Assembly (NCBI GenBank): GCA_001784535.1 | Contig: MFRJ01000046.1 | Location: forward strand, 1 to 37,121 | DNA from: Candidatus Melainabacteria bacterium GWA2_34_9 | GTDB taxonomy: Bacteria; Cyanobacteriota; Vampirovibrionia; Gastranaerophilales; UBA9971 | Direction: 5' to 3' | DNA length: 37,121 nucleotides | Part shown: one piece after another, positions 33,116-37,121 of the stretch | Numbering within the stretch: the stretch's first letter is position 1 | How the letters are laid out: every line of letters starts with the position of its first letter | Notes under the pieces: generated by a model | Databases searched by the model: none | What the model saw: the letters and a program-made list of their open reading frames with translations, nothing else | What the model was told of the DNA's origin: nothing | Program-made: the position numbers and the translations under genes

Positions 33116-34726
33116 ATGACAGATTTAAATACAAATCAATATTTATATAAACAGCCTTATCTTCAAAACCAACCCGGTTATGGCGATAACAAATCAGGTT
33201 TTCCTATAAGCATTGACGATAAAAGATTAGACCCTGTAAAAGACAACTTTAAAACTAATCCTGTTGGAAAAGTCGTAAACAGTGCTACTTCATCTGACAA
33301 AGATAATAAAGACGGCTTGATGAAGATGCCGATACTTCTCGCACTGGGAAGTATTCCTACTTATCTTATAGATAAGACCTGCAAAAAATTAATTAAAGGC
33401 GAAAATTTTAAAGATTCTTTGCTTGGCAAATTAGTTAATAAAATTGACGCTTTTTCTAATTCAGCCACATCAAAAGTACCTGCTTTAAAAATGGACTGGG
33501 CAAAAAATGCTTTTGAAAAAGTAAAAAACGGTAATGGAATTTTAAGCCAGTTAATAAATGCGAAAGCGGCTAAGCCTGTTGTTAGCATGGCAAAAAGTAT
33601 GGTTATGCCACAGCAAAACATGGTTTTAAAAGAACTGCTTGAAGAAGCAGTAAGCGTTTCAGGGCAGGACCCTAAAGCCATTGAAGGACTTGCAAAAGCT
33701 TTAGAAAACGGAACTAAAGGCATTAGCAAAAAAGCTTATAGAGAAGCTCTTAAATTAGTAGGAAATAATTCATCAGAAAAATTCATCGCACTTAAAAATA
33801 GGGCTCATTCACTTTCTAATATGAGCAAACGTTCTCCTTTATCAAAATTATTAGTCTACGGATACAACGGCGTAAGCAAAATTTTTAATATCGGAACAAT
33901 GGGATCAGGCGTTAAAGGAAAAATGGGACCATTATTTGGCTTTCTTATGACTGCTTATTTCTTGGGTGAAACCGTTAAAAAAACCATAGATGCCCCAAAA
34001 GAAGAAAAAAGAAGTACACTTGCACATGGTGTTATAGTTGACTTTATTTCATCATGGCTATTGTTTGAACCAATAACAAAGTTTATGTATAAAGGAATCG
34101 GGGCTTTAAAAGCAGTTGAAGGCAAAGGTTTAAGTAAAATAATTACAAAACCTTTAAACTGGGCAGGTAAATTACTAAATACCGGTCTTAATATGAAACC
34201 CGCAACAACAACTTTAGGAAAAGTTCTTAACCGCGTTAAAGGAATAGGTGGCGGTGCCGGAAGATTTGCCTTGATGATGATGGTTTTATTCCCTATCGTG
34301 GATAAAATGGCAAGATTTGTATCTCACAGCATTTTCGGCAAACCCAATGCACTTCTTGCAAAAGAAAAAGCTGAAGCAGAATCGGGAAAAACAGAAAATG
34401 CAGCAACTTCAAACAATACTGATGATTTAAAAAAAGCTCTTGAACAAAATAAAGCAGGAATGATTACTGTTGCAGCAAAAAATCAAATAAATTCAACGGG
34501 CAATACTAATCCAATGATAGAAAAACACTTAAAAGAAAAAGAAGCCGCTTCTGTCGTAAAACCGGAGCCAGCTCAGGAAATACCCGTAAAACAGCAATAT
34601 ATCCCTTCAGATACCAGTAAAATTCAACAAGAAAATATTGAAAAAAAAGCAAAATTTGATGCAACACTGGCTAAAGTTGACAGTATAATTAAAAATGCAG
34701 AAAATGCTCTGAGTTCTAAAGAGTAA
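33116..34726 (+). CDS. hypothetical membrane protein (Q/N/Y/P-rich N-terminus, ~4 hydrophobic segments, low-complexity C-terminus)
   Basis: 536-aa ORF on the same strand, directly after mlaEFD. Hydrophobic segments are MPILLALGSIPTYLI, GPLFGFLMTAYFLG, GVIVDFISSWLLFEPI and RFALMMMVLFPIV. I recognise no family. Confidence 0.5.
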   Translation: MTDLNTNQYLYKQPYLQNQPGYGDNKSGFPISIDDKRLDPVKDNFKTNPVGKVVNSATSSDKDNKDGLMKMPILLALGSIPTYLIDKTCKKLIKGENFKDSLLGKLVNKIDAFSNSATSKVPALKMDWAKNAFEKVKNGNGILSQLINAKAAKPVVSMAKSMVMPQQNMVLKELLEEAVSVSGQDPKAIEGLAKALENGTKGISKKAYREALKLVGNNSSEKFIALKNRAHSLSNMSKRSPLSKLLVYGYNGVSKIFNIGTMGSGVKGKMGPLFGFLMTAYFLGETVKKTIDAPKEEKRSTLAHGVIVDFISSWLLFEPITKFMYKGIGALKAVEGKGLSKIITKPLNWAGKLLNTGLNMKPATTTLGKVLNRVKGIGGGAGRFALMMMVLFPIVDKMARFVSHSIFGKPNALLAKEKAEAESGKTENAATSNNTDDLKKALEQNKAGMITVAAKNQINSTGNTNPMIEKHLKEKEAASVVKPEPAQEIPVKQQYIPSDTSKIQQENIEKKAKFDATLAKVDSIIKNAENALSSKE

Positions 34727-35579
34727 CTGCTTTTCCTTTAGGATAAGAACCTAAAAATCTATAAAAATGTACAAGCGGTGCAATTTTGCCTATGACTTTC
34801 TGCACACTCTCATCCTCTATATGCCCTTCAAAATCAATAAAGAAGGTGTAATCTCCAAAAACTTTTTTGGATGGCCTTGATTCAATGTAAGAAAGATTTA
34901 AGTTATTTTCTTTAAATACCGTAAGAATATCAACAAGAGAACCCGGCTGATTACAAGCAGTCAAAGCTATTGAAGTCTTATCCTTTTCTGTTCTTTCAGG
35001 AACTTTTGCTCCGAGTGAAACAAAACGTGTTAAATTATCTTTTTCATCATTAATATTTTTGACAATTATCTTTAAACCATAAATTTCCGCAGCTTTTGAA
35101 GTACCAATAGCTGCAAAATTTTCAGGGAGGTCAATAAGTTGTCTCACAGCTTCTGAAGTGCTTGTCGCAGAAATTTTTTCCACACTGTCTTTTAAATTAG
35201 AAGCTATAAAATGCTGGCATTGAGCAATTGCTTCTGGTTTAGAAATAATTTTATCAATTTTTGAAATATCTTCAGCCTTGCTTATCAGGCAATGAGAAAT
35301 AGGGACAATAATTTCTCCCGTAATCATAACCCGCGAAGTTGTTCTGGCGAGATTATCCAAGGTTTCCCGAACAATACCTTCAATAGAATTTTCTATCGGA
35401 ACAACACCAATATTTCCGCTGTTATTGTCAACAGCTTCTATAACCTGCAAAATAGAGGCTTTTAATGTCTTATTCAACTGCGAAGCATGAGAACGCATAA
35501 AGCTTTCAGCGGCAATTTCTGTATAAGAACCCGCCGGTCCAAGATATATAATGTTAATGATTTCTGGAAATTCTGTCAC
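34716..35579 (-). CDS. pheA: prephenate dehydratase
   Basis: 287 aa with the PDT domain IIYLGPAGSYTE, VPIENSIEGIV and NLTRF. The C-terminal ACT domain has GSLVDILTVFKENNLNLSYIESRPSKK...YTFFIDFEGH. It uses a GTG start. Its 3' end overlaps the convergent 536-aa ORF by 11 nt. Confidence 0.9.
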   Translation of the reverse strand: MTEFPEIINIIYLGPAGSYTEIAAESFMRSHASQLNKTLKASILQVIEAVDNNSGNIGVVPIENSIEGIVRETLDNLARTTSRVMITGEIIVPISHCLISKAEDISKIDKIISKPEAIAQCQHFIASNLKDSVEKISATSTSEAVRQLIDLPENFAAIGTSKAAEIYGLKIIVKNINDEKDNLTRFVSLGAKVPERTEKDKTSIALTACNQPGSLVDILTVFKENNLNLSYIESRPSKKVFGDYTFFIDFEGHIEDESVQKVIGKIAPLVHFYRFLGSYPKGKAVTL

Positions 35580-35597
35580 TTATTATTCTAATTTCTT

Positions 35598-36170
35598 TTA
35601 CATGAACTCATTTTTAACTTCTTGCATAAAGCTTGAATATTTAGATTCAAATGCAGTTACAATTGTCAATATTTTATTCTGAAATTCAAATTCATCCACA
35701 GAGTCCATACTAGGATCTTTTTTAAATTTAAAAAAGTTTTGTTCAATATCTTTAATAAAATATCTTCCTAAACAATCATTTGCATTTTTAAGTGCCAATT
35801 TTAATTCTTCAACAGATTTTTTTAAATTTTCACTTATAAGATTATTTCCTGTTTCATTTAAATAATTTTCAAAATCTTTAAGCTTCTTTAATTGATTTTC
35901 ATAATAACAATTATTTCCAATAAGATTTTTCATTAATTCTTTTAAATCTATTTCTGAAAAAGTAAAAATGGCTTTTCGTGAAATCTTTTTATCATTTTCT
36001 AACCGTTTATTATGTTTTTCATAAAATGAGACTTTTCTTTTATAAACAACCATAAGAAAAATTGCAATTATTGTTGTATAACGCCAATAATATGCATTAT
36101 CCCAAAGATTATTAAATAAAAAATCAAACATACCCGCTCCGTTTGTAGAACATAATACCATGTCAATCAA
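35598..36170 (-). CDS. hypothetical single-pass membrane protein, paralogue A
   Basis: 190 aa with NLWDNAYYWRYTTIIAIFLMVVYKRKVSFY followed by a helical, Lys/Glu/Asn-rich domain. It is collinear with the neighbouring ORF 36322..36966. The ORF-track start is TTG, and internal ATGs (MVLCS, MFDFLF) are alternatives. Confidence 0.5.
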   Translation of the reverse strand: MIDMVLCSTNGAGMFDFLFNNLWDNAYYWRYTTIIAIFLMVVYKRKVSFYEKHNKRLENDKKISRKAIFTFSEIDLKELMKNLIGNNCYYENQLKKLKDFENYLNETGNNLISENLKKSVEELKLALKNANDCLGRYFIKDIEQNFFKFKKDPSMDSVDEFEFQNKILTIVTAFESKYSSFMQEVKNEFM

Positions 36171-36321
36171 AATATATTCTCCTAAATTAAAACTAAACTA
36201 TTTTTTTAAATAAAAATTTATTATATAACAGAATATATAAATTGTATTCACAATGGAATAATTTATCAAGAAATTTTTATTAAATTACTATTTATGAATT
36301 ACATTATTATTAAACATACAA

Positions 36322-36966
36322 TTAAATAGAAAGTTTTGCTTTTACGGTTAATCTATAATTAGAATATGAAATTTCCGCTTCTTTGCATAATTTATAAAGC
36401 TGGTCCTGAAAATCAACATAATTAAAATCAGGATCATGTTTTAAATCAGGGTATAGTCTATAAGCTTCCGGTATATGAATTTCAAAAAAATGTTCATCAA
36501 GAAATTTTAATAAAGTAGCTAAATTAATACAAAAATTTTGAACCGGCTCCTTAAGCACATTATTTAAATATTTATTTTCTTCGTGTTTAAAATAATTACA
36601 AAAGTCTTTTATTTTTTCAGATCTTGATTTATGAAATGTCTCATTTATAGATAATTCTATCAAAAACTCTTTAAGGAAATTTTCCGTCATTATTAGATCA
36701 GAGTTTATAAAAATACTTCTATCTCTCTCCATTTTTTCTTCTTTAGAGTGAAAAAATCTTATCTTTTTTTTATAAAAAATCAAAAGCAAAATAGAAAACA
36801 TTGATATATAACGCCATACATCAACATTATCCCAAATATTTTCAATATATAAAGAATAAAAAGTATCAGCCCAGATTTGCCGCGCCAAAACTTCCGGTGA
36901 AGTATTTAAAATATTAGAAATATTGGATAAATCGAGCAAAATAAAGTTCTCCAAAATAAACGCCAA
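36322..36966 (-). CDS. hypothetical single-pass membrane protein, paralogue B
   Basis: 214 aa with NIWDNVDVWRYISMFSILLLIFYKKKIRFF followed by a helical domain. It shares KIKDFCNY versus KLKDFENY with paralogue A. The start is uncertain: TTG at 36966 has no SD, while TTG at 36939 has GGAG 9 nt upstream. Confidence 0.5.
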   Translation of the reverse strand: MAFILENFILLDLSNISNILNTSPEVLARQIWADTFYSLYIENIWDNVDVWRYISMFSILLLIFYKKKIRFFHSKEEKMERDRSIFINSDLIMTENFLKEFLIELSINETFHKSRSEKIKDFCNYFKHEENKYLNNVLKEPVQNFCINLATLLKFLDEHFFEIHIPEAYRLYPDLKHDPDFNYVDFQDQLYKLCKEAEISYSNYRLTVKAKLSI

Positions 36967-36990
36967 TACAAATTGTATTATATTTTTAGC

Positions 36991-37121
36991 TTATATATCA
37001 AGACCTATGTCAAGAATTCCTGCTTTTGCAGTAATTGCACTTGTAGATATATAATCCACTCCCGTTGACGCTATTAAATTTATTGTTTCTAATATAATAG
37101 TCCCGCTTGCTTCTGTTATAG
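36991..37121 (-). CDS. nadC: nicotinate-nucleotide (quinolinate) pyrophosphorylase, C-terminal 42 aa only (5' end outside window)
   Basis: Hand translation of the minus strand gives ...ITEASGTIILETINLIASTGVDYISTSAITAKAGILDIGLDI*. This matches the conserved NadC C-terminus (E.SGGI....I...A.TGVD.IS.GALTHS...LDISL). The stop is at 36991-36993. Confidence 0.7.
   Translation of the reverse strand, partial: ITEASGTIILETINLIASTGVDYISTSAITAKAGILDIGLDI

Noticed and set aside
33361-33729. A 122-aa minus-strand ORF inside the 536-aa ORF.
   Set aside because: It is shorter than the sense ORF it overlaps, has no SD or recognisable domain, and has an antisense-type composition. I cannot exclude it absolutely, because the sense ORF itself is of unknown function.
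1-37121. CRISPR arrays, IS elements or transposases, prophage genes, rRNA, and further tRNAs.
   Set aside because: I saw no regularly spaced direct repeats, no transposase, integrase or phage structural motifs in any listed ORF, and no second TTCGAAT-type T-arm context apart from the tRNA at 11038-11124.

Overview
This is an AT-rich bacterial chromosomal segment (roughly one-third G+C by eye). It is densely packed, with about 33 protein genes, one tRNA, and several translationally coupled or overlapping gene junctions.

Most content is housekeeping:
- Carbon and sugar metabolism: pyruvate kinase, a GH57 glucan enzyme, mannose-1-phosphate guanylyltransferase.
- Cofactor and nucleotide metabolism: NAD+ synthase NadE, biotin synthase BioB, Gmk, CoaBC, and the 3' end of NadC.
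- Aromatic amino acid synthesis: TyrA and PheA.
- DNA repair: RuvA and RuvB, which are split and on opposite strands.
- Envelope and lipid transport: RlpA and MlaE/MlaF/MlaD.
- Other: a GAF-GAF-GGDEF diguanylate cyclase, a metallophosphoesterase, an APC amino-acid permease, Nif3, MtaB and a YibE/F membrane protein.

Mla plus RlpA implies a diderm envelope. The combination of low G+C, GH57 and HEAT/TPR proteins is compatible with an uncultured low-GC lineage, but taxonomy cannot be established from the sequence alone.

I found no integrase, transposase, IS ends, CRISPR array or canonical defence operon.

The accessory-looking parts are modest, and none amounts to a demonstrable new system from sequence alone:
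1. A Zn-ribbon + DUF4145-like gene wedged between tRNA-Ser(CGA) and nadE.
2. An orphan tandem pair of HTH-WYL-WCX regulators in a PafB/PafC-like arrangement, behind a candidate promoter with a palindrome.
3. Two tandem paralogous single-pass membrane proteins of unknown function between nadC and pheA.
4. A small internally duplicated 'RWYD' protein, flanked by unusually long and partly structured spacers.
5. A 510-bp gene-free spacer with several hairpins, including a perfect 15-nt inverted repeat.
6. An EF-hand protein with a Met/Gln/Gly/Phe-rich tail.
7. An MlaD homologue with a Cys-rich tail, followed by a 536-aa unknown membrane protein.
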